In this document: positions 1 to 12,100 of the stretch, in pieces
Layout: every line of letters starts with the position of its first letter
How positions within the stretch are numbered: the stretch's first letter is position 1
Source: Ruditapes philippinarum
Lineage: Eukaryota
NCBI RefSeq assembly: GCF_026571515.1
Contig: NW_026862663.1
Span: forward strand, 868,001-932,000
Direction: 5' to 3'
Length of the DNA stretch: 64,000 nt
Made by a program: the position numbers and the translations under genes
Notes under the pieces: model-generated
What the model was told of the DNA's origin: nothing
Database searches by the model: none
Seen by the model: only the letters and a program-made list of their open reading frames with translations

Positions 1-3000
1 GTTGAGGTAAAGCTCCCAGAACAAAACAAGTCATTACAAATTAACTTTGATTATGATGATGGTATGAAAATAGATGACACCAATCCATCTCAGAAAATAG
101 AGTCAATGACAGAGTATACATGGAAGGAAGTTAAACTGGATTACTCTAAGCTACCTGAGTACTACATGAAGCTTTCCAAAATAAGATTGACAGGTACAAT
201 GTAATAATGGTCATTTTTGTTACATACTGACTGTAACATCAGAGACATATAAATACAATGTATTTTAATGTATCTGGTAACATTATTCTTTTTTTTTTTT
301 ATTTTGTTTTTTTTTTACTTTTCTTCTATATGTAAATGTGATCCTGTAATTGCTGAAAAAGTTTACATTTGATCCCATTTTGTAAGAATTGCCATTTTCA
401 ATATTTAAAATTGTACAAGCATGATTTCTTCCAAGTTATTTGTGAACTCTTAAAAAATCTTAGACAAATTCTTAAAAGGTCAATTCCTTTAATTATATGA
501 GTTATGGTAGGTAACCGTAATCAAACATTACATAAGTAAGGGACTGCAGCATTGTCTGTGACAAGCTCTTGTTTGTTAAAAGTGCATATTGTACCTAATA
601 CAGTACATCAATTTTCTTGCTTGAAAATATTTTTAGGATCTTCTCTGCAGTATTATGCAGTAGTAGAAGCTTCAGTAAACAGTCAATGCAGTCAATAATA
701 TTTCATAAACTTCACTTGTAGGCTTGGTAGTAATTACAACAATGGCAGGGTATGCTGTAGCTCCAGACCCATTCATCCTGAGTACATTTCTTCTATGTAC
801 TGTTGGTACAGCCCTTACTTCATGTTCCGCTAATGCAATGAATCAGGTAAACAATTCTATACATATCTTAATCAATGCAGAATATGGGATTTGTAGATTT
901 TTTTTAGAAAATGTAATACTTAATATGTTGGATAGTTCTGGGCTTTGTCTTTTTATTTAAACCTTTAATAAATAGTTTAGTATTCTTGCTGAACTTCTTT
1001 ATTTTGCTCTCATTACTATATTTTAAAGAGCATAACAACACATTTTGTGGTCATTTAATAACCATTAAAAAGCAAAATCAAAATGATTAATCCATGTAGT
1101 ATATGGAACTTCTTAACACAACTTTAGATCATTACATACTGTGGCAAATTTTTCGAGGGTTTTAAGACATGATGTGAAAAAATTTTAAATATGTTTTAAA
1201 CATATTATTGTTTTACAAATTTTTATAATGTAATGTCTGTGTTTTTGAAATACATGTAGCAAGGTTTGCAACCTATCATTTACCTTGTGACCAGTCTTCA
1301 AACTTGTATTGTAATTTATTACTAAATGTTTGCATTATTAATTTCAGTACTTTGAAATTCCATTTGACTCCCAGATGAATAGAACAAAGAACCGGGTTTT
1401 AGTCCGAGGACACCTGAGGTAAATAAAGTTTATTCCTAGAATCAATTTTCTTGAAGGGCCTGTCTGTCTTTCTTCCTTGGCAAGACTTTTCTTTATTTCA
1501 AATGTTTCATTTAAACATCAAATGTAATTTAATTCATTTCAAAATTACTTGAATGTGCTTGTCTATCAATGTTTTAAACAAACATCTTTCCCAAATTTTA
1601 AAAAATCACCATTGAGTTGAGATGTAAGAAATTTGTAATGGACACAAGTCATTATGTTTGCTTTTGACGTGACAATGTAAAGTATTTGAATCGAGTAATC
1701 ATGTTAAATATCGAATTAACTACATGTCATATAATACATGTATTGAAAAATTATTTTTAAAAGTTAATCAAATAAACGTTTTGCTAAATCTCTATCCTTT
1801 AATAGAATCTATATTGATTTATACATGGTATTTCTATAAAATTCATGCTTAACATTACCATAATATAATCTTTATTGATTTATATACATAATATTTCTAT
1901 AAAATTCATGTTTAACATTACTATTATGCTTATTGTATTACAGTTCATTGCATGCAGTAACATTTGCTGTGATAACTGGGTCTACAGGACTTGCAATTCT
2001 GTCCCTAGGTGTAAATCCTCTCACTGCCACCCTGGGAGCTTTTAACCTTGGATTGTACACATTAGTTTATACACCAATGAAAAGATACAGCATATTAAAC
2101 ACATGGGTTGGTTCCATTGTTGGTGCTATACCTCCTATGATGGGATGGACAGCCTGTACAGGAATGCTGGAACCAGGTACATATAAAATCAGTATAGATT
2201 CTAAATAACCATTGAGATATATTGTAAATATTCAGAATATCTGTAGTGGTGGGGTTTGTGGTAGAACAACATTCAGTGATGTTTTCTATATTTTAACCAG
2301 GTACTAGAAGAACCTATATGATAAAAAAACAGAAATAAAACAAATGACAAAGAGAAATAATTTTTTTATTGAATATGAAATGTGCAGCCTAACTCATACA
2401 GTGACTTGAACCCTGAACCCCCAGGTTACCTTTTCACAATCCTACAAAGTAGGACAGATTTTTATTTTAAAACATATTTTGTTTTGGAAAATATATTTGC
2501 TGATGTATAGCTGCTAGATATTCAATAAGTATATTTTAGTAGCTGTAATGTCTCTTTTTGATGTCCATATGTTAGTGTGTAAGTCTATTAGTATTATTAT
2601 TGCTACATAAGAGGAATTTACATTTTTAAAAAACTTCTCAGTTAAAGTATTTATTAATTCATGTTATGTTATTGTTTCTATAGGAGCATTCCTGTTAGGT
2701 GCTATCCTGTATGCCTGGCAGTTTCCTCACTTTAATGCACTTAGCTGGAACCTACGACCAGATTATTCCCGTGGTGGATACAGAATGGCTAGTGTGGTGA
2801 AACCAGAACTGTGTAAACGTGTAGCTCTCAGATACAGTATAGGAATGATAGGACTGTGTAGTGTGGCACCTCTGGTTGATCTCACCACATGGACATTTGC
2901 TGTGGATTCATTACCACTCAACATCTGGCTAACTTACTTAGCCTGGAACTTCTATAGAAAAGGGGATAGCAATTCATCAAGAAAATTATTCCGCTTTACT

Positions 3001-3120
3001 CTAATTCATATACCAGCATTGATGATTCTTTTGTTAATTGGGAAGAAATATGGACGAGATGACAAAACTGATAAAGCAAAAATATTACAATCAATTAAAA
3101 GTTTTATACCTGTTACATGA
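1..3120 (+). CDS. COX10: Protoheme IX farnesyltransferase (heme O synthase), 5'-partial; exons <1-193, 722-846, 1348-1418, 1944-2176, 2684-3120
   Basis: GT-AG exons join in frame (1059 nt). Motifs: [93 protein letters not shown]. Stop TGA at 3118-3120. Confidence 0.96.
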
Positions 3121-3784
3121 TCACAGCTAATTAAATAAGTAGGACTAGTAAATGTAAAATATGTCTTTCTGTTTGTTCTCTGTGAATTGGTTACATAGGA
3201 ATTATTTACACCAGGTGGCTCTGTAATTAATGTATGAAGGAATCTGGTAGTGAGTGATAATTGTTAAACAGAAGTCAGGTGCAAAATTGATGCTGGGTTA
3301 TTTTATTGCTCCTAATTATGTTATTTATTTTAAGTGACTGTTAATATCAGACAGTATCATGTACACTAGAGTTTTCTCTTAAAATATACAGAAAATTCAG
3401 TCAATCCGCTCAAGTGAAAAAATTACATTTGAATGAAAAATAACAGACAGATCAATATCCTTTTGAAAAGGACATCGTTAACTGTAAAACTTCTTATTTA
3501 ATTTATGGACACTTCTGCTTATACTGTTTTCATTTTATTTTAATTTTATAAGATACCTATGACCATGTGATAAAAAATTATTAATGAATTTTGTATTTTG
3601 TTTGTTTTGCATAATTGTTCTCTCTAATGTTTAACAGAAACAAAAGTTTTAAATATTTATAATGAACATTGAATGTAAACAATAAAGATGCAATGAGTTA
3701 AGGCTCCTGCGTTTGTATTATCATAGTGTTTAAAGTTTTATTTTATAAGAGGTATGCTTTTGCAAATGTTTACCTGTTGTACAA

Positions 3785-4013
3785 GGGGCATCTGTGGCAG
3801 AGTTGTTAAGATTGTTGACTTGAAACCATTTGACCCTCACCACTGTATGTTCAAATCGCAACAGGGCTTTGGACTCTCTCAAGTAAGGAAGCTATCCAGC
3901 TAGTTTATGAACATTAGTGGTTCTGCTATGGTACCTGTTTGTTGCTCACGGCACCAAAGTCGCCGTATGATCTATACTGTATTGGAGTGATGTAAAACCC
4001 AACAAAAAGAAAA
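3785..4013 (+). mobile_element. Degenerate tRNA-derived SINE, same family as 5445-5697
   Basis: Decayed A/B-box head (ggggcatctgtggcagagttgttaag...gttcaaatc), shared core ggaagctatccagctag, and tail gtaaaacccaacaaaaaa. Confidence 0.8.
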
Positions 4014-5137
4014 CACCCTTGTTGTACACTACATTTTCTGTAGACTGTATTTCTTAAAGCAAGAAACCAATCTTAATAGGGATGTTAAATGGAAAATTGG
4101 CTTTCAGGTTCATGACTCTAACGGTCATTGTATTATGTAAAAGACATGTTTATTGGAATGAGAAGGAAAATGTAACATCTTTTTTTCTTTTAAAATAAAT
4201 ATCTGTACATGTATTTCAGATATACTTGATAGGATAGTATATTTTTACTAGATTCTTTAAGTGTTATGATGTTTCCAACTTTAATGGATTATTTCATACT
4301 GAAACCCCATCTGCTAAATCTTGAATTACATCAAACCTCATGATCCCCTGTATTGGTTGTGTTCTCTTTATACTTATATAGAATTCCATAAGAACTCTTG
4401 AAAGATTTCGCCTATATTCCAGATAATGTCATTTTTACAAAAGCCATCAAGAAAATTCCTTAACTTTTCCTCTGGGTATCATTGACTAATTAAGGTGATC
4501 ATGCAAGCAATATTTTACTTTTGTACTATTACACCAACCATTGCTAATTACCCCCGAGAAAATATTTGTCTATAAATTACTTTTATCTTGTAATTTATGT
4601 ACAAATGTACTTATTCTTGTTTGATTTGAAAAGCAAATTCATTGGTATATAATTCTAGCTTGTAGATAGAGAAAATTTTGTATATGTGTCCTTTTGTGTT
4701 CTGCATTTACTTAACAAGCATTTTCATGGAATCTTCTCATCCCCACATCTCTGTAGTCTCAAGATGTCTGAATGGACTGCAGTCTTTCAACCTCATGAAA
4801 TTGTAATCTATTGTTAAGTGATACAAACATACTTGACTCTTTTACCCTACCTGCTCAGAAATTTATACTACTCGAAGTTTGTTTAGCACAAAGTTTTCCA
4901 CATGTATAGCACCGTGCATTCTACATCATCACATTGTAAATGGTGTAATAATGTATCACCCTGTGTAGTGTGTACACATAACCTTGAATGACAGGCCATT
5001 TCCATGTGCAAGAAGTGCATACAAGGTGACCCTGTATTTTGATAGTCTTTATTAGACACATACATTACAAACAAAAAAAGACTAATACGAGAAATATTAC
5101 ATGTAAGTAAAGTAGTGCGTAGATTGTGTTCACACAT

Positions 5138-5339
5138 TTGTTTGTTTCATTTTACACCTTTTTCAAACAGTATTTCAGTCATATAGGTGGGTGTCCTAAT
5201 CATTGTTCCTGGAGTTACACCAGTACTAGACTACCTTCCTCTGCACTAAACTACTTAAGCATCTCCCAGGGATCAAACCGACACCAGAGGTAACTGGATT
5301 AGAAGTCATTGACTCTTTAACTTCTCGTCCACGGAGGCA
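5138..5339 (-). mobile_element. Degenerate tRNA-derived SINE
   Basis: Reverse strand reads gcctccgtggacgagaagttaaagagtc...ggtttgatccctggg (A/B-box-like head), then tagtactggtgtaactccaggaac, and ends in an aaacaaacaaa tail. Confidence 0.6.
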
Positions 5340-5444
5340 GTCATGCTATGGTTAAAGCTAACATGGTTCAAATAGTATATTACCAGTCAACAGTTACTTA
5401 TATTTTGTTCACTTCAAACTTGACGTCATAGTACCTGATCAATT

Positions 5445-5697
5445 GTTTTTGTTTGTTTTGGGTTTTACTTCACATCGACACAGTATAGGTCATATCGCGA
5501 CATTCCAGCTTTACTGGTGGAGGAAGACCTCGGGTGTCCTTCAGTGCACCCGAGTAGACCCACTGACGTTCCATAAGCTAGCTGGATAGCTTCCTCGCAT
5601 GAAAGAATCCAAAGTCCCTGTCGAGATTCGAACCCACAGCGGTGAGGGGCAAGTAGTTTAAAGTCAACGACCTTAACCACTCGGCCACGGACGCCCC
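5445..5697 (-). mobile_element. Well-preserved tRNA-derived SINE (possibly Meta/MESC-type mollusc family)
   Basis: Reverse strand: ggggcgtccgTGGCCGAGTGGttaaggtc (A box)...GGGTTCGAATCtc (B box), body gaggaagctatccagctagcttatggaac...ctggaatgtcgcgatatgacctata, tail gtaaaacccaaaacaaacaaaa. A second copy lies at 3785-4013. The family name is from memory. Confidence 0.85.
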
Positions 5698-6710
5698 TTC
5701 ACCTGGTCAATAAACAGTGTCCTGATATTAAGCATCATGTACGAGTATGTATATTAAAGCGACCAGTTCAATAGCTAATCAGTAGCATAGGTTTATAGCT
5801 AAGGCCAGACATTTTTAAACGAGCCATCTCCGGACCTTCAATGACGGCCTTGCTCGATATGGATTAGACTTGAACAATCCAAGAGCAATGGCTTAGTTAG
5901 ACATTTTAAACAAGGTTTCTAAAGGTAAACTGAAGGTATGCTTAGATAATGCCAAACCATTGCATTGTTGGATTTATTATACAAGGGGTGTAAGGTAACG
6001 GCTTTGGAAGGATGACAACACAAACATTAGTTTGTCGTCAGCAGACCTTTTTATCATGCAGAAGTGCTGAAAGAGGGCACATAAGAATTCATTCCTCTGA
6101 GCATCCATTTTAGTACTGTTCTCAATTTCTTGACCACCGATATTCAAGAATAACTACTGTATGTTGAACATATTCACCAGTTCAAAATTAAATTAATAAC
6201 CATGTTGCTTTGCAGTGCTGAAAGATGTCACAATACTGTAGCATAAGGGATATAAGTCCTGATTACTGTGAATTTAGCATTTTCACATATTTTTATACAG
6301 AAAAGACTTTCAATAGTCAAAATTAACTTGCATTCTTTTGGACTCATGAATTCAATGCTGGAAACTGTAACAATTTTTTTCATAAATTTAACTTGCATAC
6401 CTATTCAAGTGTATTCATCATCCCCTTGGTTAATGCAAGCATATTCACAATTACCTTGTTTCCAGTGGCAAAGTACTTTACCATTATCAGCAACCAGTAG
6501 ATCATTTACTAATCATCAATTAAAATTTTCAAAATTAAGAACAGTTTAAATAATGACTGCATAATACAAAGACATGTTACCTTTTTGCATTTTAATCAAA
6601 CTAAAATGATTTGACATAAATTACAATGAGATGAATGAATGTACAATGTATGAATGAAAAAAGCAATGTTACAGAAACATAAAGTAGATCTCTACAAACA
6701 CTTTTTCAAC

Positions 6711-8121
6711 TTATATTTTAGATTGTTTAGCTTTATTTATTTCATTCATTAGTTCTTTCATGTATTGAATTTCTCTTTGAATTGATTCAACCTTTTCACG
6801 TAGAGCTTTGTTAGTGTCCGAGAGACGAACTTCCTGTTCCTGCAACGTTTCCTTTTCCTGCCTTTTCTTTTCTCGATACCGGGTGGCCGCATTCTTGTTT
6901 TGCACTTTCTTCCTTAGTCTTTTATCTGAAACTTTATGTGAATCATACGGAGAACTTTTAGACTTGTTTTTCTTACTTTTTGATTTAAGTTTTGTGAAAT
7001 CCTCACTTGACACTTGTATACTTTTAGCAGAACTTGACTGGCTGCTACTGTCACTGAAATAGCTGGTATCAATTGTGCTCATGTCTTGACAAGTATCAGA
7101 TGGGGAGGTAGGTCCTGAAGATAAAATTGATTCAACATCTGCATCACAGAAAGAACTTACACTCAGACTCTCTGTCTTAAAGTTGTCCTGTAAAAGTAAC
7201 ACTGGAGCCTCAACAGAAGAGTCAAGTGAAAAATTTTGACCAGACTGTAATGGTTGTAATTCAATAACATCACCATTGTCTAAAGAAACCTCAGGTTGAA
7301 TTAAATCTTCAAAAGAATGGATGACTTGATTGTCAACACCTCCAAGCAACATGTTGATACTATCATAGGTGGGAAAGTCTATATCAGGAACCTCAGCAAC
7401 TGGGGAGATTGCAGCTACTGCTTCCACATGAAGATCTTTCTCAACTGGCTTGAGCAAATCTAGAGATATCTCCGTCTTTGCTGGCTGTTGGCCAGTTAAC
7501 AGGGCCTTCAATATATCAAAGGCAGCCTGTTTCATCCCTTCAGGGCGAGGCTCTGATTTTTCAACTTTAATTGCGACTGGAGCATTTTCACAGCCCCTGT
7601 CAGTGTTCAGGAGGTTTTGGAAATCCACAGTTTCCATCCATTCTTCTCCAAGAGAGTCTAAAATAAAAACAGCACATTATATAAGTTGAGGTTATTGGTA
7701 TCAGAAACAATTTTTATTATGAAAATTTTCAGTCTGCTTGCCAGTTTAGGACATAACAATGATAACATTCAAGAAACTTAATACTGTTAATCAATGTGAG
7801 GACTCAGTTTGTTTTATTTGTGTTTCTCCAAGTTAAACAAATTACAAGTAACTGAAGTATAAGTATCAGATGAACAGACTGAAACTCTCAGCCCTTGTAG
7901 ATAGTGCATATCAATAAATACCAACAAAAATCATAATTACCTGCTGGAGTATCTGTAAGAAGCAAGTCCTCTAGAGACTCCTGGGTAGCTGACTGATATT
8001 TCAGACCCCCATCTAGGCCAAAATCAAGAATGCTACCCTCCGTACCCAGATCATCCACAAACAAGTCTGTTGTCAGACCCAATGGGTCCTCGAACAAATT
8101 CATTTGGTCCATGAATTCCAT
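6711..8121 (-). CDS. ATF4: ATF4/CREB2-like bZIP transcription factor, 375 aa; coding exons 8121-7941 and 7657-6711
   Basis: C-terminal bZIP DKRLRKKVQNKNAATRYREKKRQE...LREKVESIQREIQYMKELM is typical of ATF4/ATF5; N-terminal EEWMETVD motif; phase-1 GT-AG intron 7658-7940; uORF-bearing leader. Confidence 0.93.
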
Positions 8122-8650
8122 CTTGCTTTATTTCTGTCCGACTTTCAAATTGATATATGGCAATTGCCAGGAATAGGAAATGGTGAAAAGACCTGCAAAA
8201 TACAAGGAGAGTCTCGTTAACAAGGGAAGCACACTATTCTGCCAGCGGACATTAAATAATATACACAAAGAAACATTTCATTTTAGAAGGAATCAGTCAT
8301 TTTTATATAGTATTTTCATTAAAATGACCATTATACTTGAACATGTTTTTTAATGTCTTCTGTGTGATTTTCATTCACGCTTTCAAGGACAAATTTATAT
8401 TTCCTTGAGGAGATAATCAACAAAAATTTCATGACATATGAATATATATATATTTAGAAAACTAAAGAAACGTTAATAGATATTCAAACAAATGGATTAA
8501 CAACAACAATGTAGGAAACATTTCTAACATTTTATCATTCAATTTTATTTTCTCAAAATGGCGGGATATGCCACGTTGATAATCACAATGAATTAAATTA
8601 ATCAGTGTTAAAATAATTAATAAAATTGAATAAATTAATACTCACGCCAT
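8051..8650 (-). promoter_or_regulatory. ATF4 overlapping uORF2 (48 aa), spliced 8650-8646 + 8192-8051, overlapping the main CDS out of frame by 71 nt
   Basis: caacATGGC|gtgagt donor joined to ttttgcag|G TCT TTT CAC gives MASFHHFLFLAIAIYQFESRTEIKQDGIHGPNEFVRGPIGSDNRLVCG*. It reads through the main ATG as GAT-GGA and stops at TGA 8053-8051. Confidence 0.8.
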
Positions 8651-8711
8651 GTTGATAATGTAATTGTTCTTGGTGCAAAGCACTGCTTTTGCACAGGTTT
8701 GTTGTGAAGGT

Positions 8712-8723
8712 TCACTCGTCCAT
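8712..8723 (-). promoter_or_regulatory. ATF4 short uORF1 (Met-Asp-Glu-stop)
   Basis: aatATGGACGAGTGA in strong Kozak context, 61 nt upstream of the uORF2 ATG; same 3-codon length as mammalian ATF4 uORF1. Confidence 0.78.
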
Positions 8724-8779
8724 ATTAGCGGTAAGCGTGTTCTGTTATTCTGTATTCGTTACCTTTCAGTCATGATTTG

Positions 8780-9172
8780 CGGCAACGTGCGTAGTTTCAT
8801 CCTATTTTTGCCGAAAAAAGTTCATTTTCCTACGCAAATTATTTTTGATTTCTCTCTAAACGACTTATTTTGAGTCAATATTGCAAATTATTTCTTAGAT
8901 TTTAGTTTTTAATCAATATGATTACCTTGTGAAATGTAAAACTGCTTTAATTAACGTGTTATGAATGGAAAAGTGCAAGAATTATATCAGTAATGCGGAA
9001 GAAGAAAATATGTTATTCGGACAGAAAAATTGCGTCAGAATATTTGGCAATATGCCAAATGACGAACAACGGTCATTGGTTCATATTGACACACCTCTGA
9101 CGTCTTGTTTCTAAATAAAGAAAATGCGGAAAGACCCAAATATATCATGAACGTCCTAAATTATGACCTACA
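8780..9172. promoter_or_regulatory. Putative bidirectional promoter between ATF4 and the MtnK-like gene
   Basis: Divergent genes about 400 bp apart; locally CpG-richer; ATTGCGTCA (9029-9037), ATTGG (9075-9079), TGACGTCT (9098-9105). Transcription start sites not known. Confidence 0.55.
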
Positions 9173-12100
9173 ATGGACATTAAAAAATGGGGTGTGCTTG
9201 TGCGCGAGTGTTCTTATATTCCGGACAATTTGGTACGTTTTAAAATGAAGATATGCAAACTTTAATTAAGCATTAATTCCATTCCATAAATCAATTAAAG
9301 ATAAAATTCAGTTTAAGGGGGGGGGGGGGGGGTTATTTAAATATGACATATACATCATGCGTCGCATACATGCATATACTGTACATACATTACAGTTACA
9401 TGTATGTGTAATTCATGTATACAGTAGAGAACAGAACAGTCTTTATTTATAGTATTATATGGATGAAATTAAAAGATTTGATGTTTCAAAATAAATATGT
9501 TTAAACCAAAACATTTTGAACATTTGAGTACAATATCAAAATATCATATTTTATTAAATTTGTAATAATTTGGCAGAATGTAATTATAATTTATAAAGAC
9601 ATTTACCCTTGTCATGGTAATCTTCATGGAAAATTAAGGTGGTAGTTGTTGTTTTTATAGTTAAATATCCACCAGCAAAACTATTAAAAATTGCTGCAAT
9701 TAATTTCGTTACTTTCTCCAAACAAAGATTTTATTATAGATCTAATTATAATTATTATTACTAAAGGAATAATTTTTTTTTTGAATTAAAACAATCTTGC
9801 AACAGAATTTAGGAATGCACTTTGGAGGTAAACATATGACATACTCTATGAATAACTTTTTCATTTCACAGTTTCGTACTAAACTATGATATAGTCTCAA
9901 GCAAGTAATATATTAGTTGAAGATCGTTTGAAAGTAAAGCTTATATTTTTTTTCCAGAAGTTTTGTAGTTCTGATGAAATATGTGTAGATGAGATAGGAG
10001 ATGGGAACTTGAATGTAGTGCTACGTGTTTACACCAAAGATGGACGCAGTGTCATTGTTAAACATTCCTTGCCTTATATAAAGGTATACATTAAACAAAA
10101 GTCATGTTTATATTATATAATTTGCACATATCATTTATTTAAAGGATGTTAAAATATGTATTAATTTTAAAGCTTTCATTTCTTTGATGAACTATGATTC
10201 AATTTTTATCAACTAAATATTAACCTTCACCATGCTAAATTTGTATAATGGAACAGTTGTCCAACTTCAATTACTTGGAATCTGTATGATGGTTTTAAAA
10301 CCATTGTTGATGTTAGGGGTTTTGTTATCAAAATGCTCCATTTAGCAGCCATTAATGCATTGTAGAGACAGACCAGACAGATGAGTAGTCTGACCTGATT
10401 CTATAATGTTAGCATTTAACATGGCCATAAACATTCATAAGGTTAATATATCAGGTTAGATTTAGCGGTATTTTATGAAAATCTCTTTTTGAACATGTTA
10501 ATATAATAATATTTGACCTTCCAGTGTCTAGGAGAAGGATACCCACTTGGGGTTGCAAGAATTGATGCCGAGTACAAGGCTTTGGTAAAATTTCATCAGC
10601 TGGCTCCTGGCTGTGTCCCTCAACCATACTTTTTTAACAAGCAACACAATGCTGGTATGTTGTTTTTTTCTATCATTTAATGATTCTATTACATAAATAA
10701 ATTTTATGTTTTATTGTGCAGACAATTTATGATTAATTTCACAAATAATGTATTGTTTGAGTTTTCAACAAAATTGACAAATTGTTGTATGTTTGAAAAA
10801 AATTATGATTGCAGTTTACCTGGAAGATCTTGAAGGATATAACATTCTTCAACAGAATCTTATCAGTGGTCAGTTTGATCAGAAGATTGCAGAAAACTTG
10901 GGTCAATCTCTAGCCACAGTTCACAGTAAAACACACATAGGCAAGATTGGGGAGGATGCAATAAATGAGCTTTTTCTACATTTAGAGTAATTTCATTTTA
11001 TAACAACCTTTTGTCAGATGTAAAATCTTTTTGGTAACTATATCTAGAGAAGGTTTTCAGCTGGTTTTAAGCACTATATTAAACAGGTTTACAAACTTTA
11101 CAGACATTTGTTAAACAGATAGTATTTAACTAGTTACCATCTCTTATGTAAAGATACTTATTTTCAGTGTGCCTTTTACTAAAAATAAACATTGTAATTC
11201 CTATGGCACAGAATGGTTTGTGACCCTGAAAACTCAAAGCAGATTGTAGCAGATTGACATAAAAACTGGACACCTTTATTGGCATCCCTTCAAAAACTTT
11301 TTTTATAACATTTTCTTTGGTCTGTCTAACAGTACTTTAAGTTATAGTAAACATTTATGGCTAGGTACTGGTCATTTATATTTTATGAATATTTCAAGAA
11401 AATTGTCATACCTGTTGATATTTGAACCAAACTCCTGAATATTTAAGAGTAAATTGGCACCATTAGTCTAAGACTACACTCTTTTCTTGTTTAAAGCATC
11501 AAGCTAAGGTCCTGCCCCTTGCAAGTAAGAAAGTACAGTGGTCTATTGCCAGGTGGTATGTTGCCAAGAATGAAAATACAGTGGTCTATTGCCTTTAGTC
11601 TGTTGCCAAGTATGAAAGTTAAGTGGTCTGTTGCCATTAATCAGTCGCAAAGTATGAAAGTACAGTGGTCTATTGCCATTAATCAGTCGCCAAGTATGAA
11701 AGTTAAGTGGTCTGTTGCCATTAATCAGTCGCCAAGTATGAAAGTTAAGTGGTCTATTGCCATTAATCAGTCACCAAGTATGAAAGTACAGTGGTCTATT
11801 GCCATTGGTCTGTTGCCAAGTATGAATGTACAGTGGTCTATTGCTGTTGGTCTGTTGCCAAGTATGAAAGTACAGTGATCTGTTGCCAAGTATGAAAATT
11901 CAGTGATCTGTTGCCAGGTATGAAAATTAGTGATCTGTTGCCAAGTATAAAAGACTGTGATCTGTTGCCAAGCATGAAAATTCAGTGGCCTGTTGCCTTT
12001 AGTCTGTTGCCAAGTATGAAAGTTAAGTGGTCTGTTGCCATGCATCAGTCGCCAAGTATGAAAGTTAAGTGGTCTGTTGCCATTAATCAGTTGCCAAGTA

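Noticed and set aside
1811-1925. ~60 bp tandem duplication before a COX10 acceptor
   Set aside because: Ordinary local intronic duplication; no duplicated splice site or evident function.
5620-5697. Possible tRNA gene
   Set aside because: The A and B boxes run into a SINE body and tail, and a second copy lies at 3785; it is a SINE head. The overlapping 71 aa ORF (5465-5680) is incidental.
6808-7689. Overlapping + strand ORFs (also 13335-13667, 21707-22012, 22296-22638, 41795-42040)
   Set aside because: Antisense shadows of genuine coding exons.
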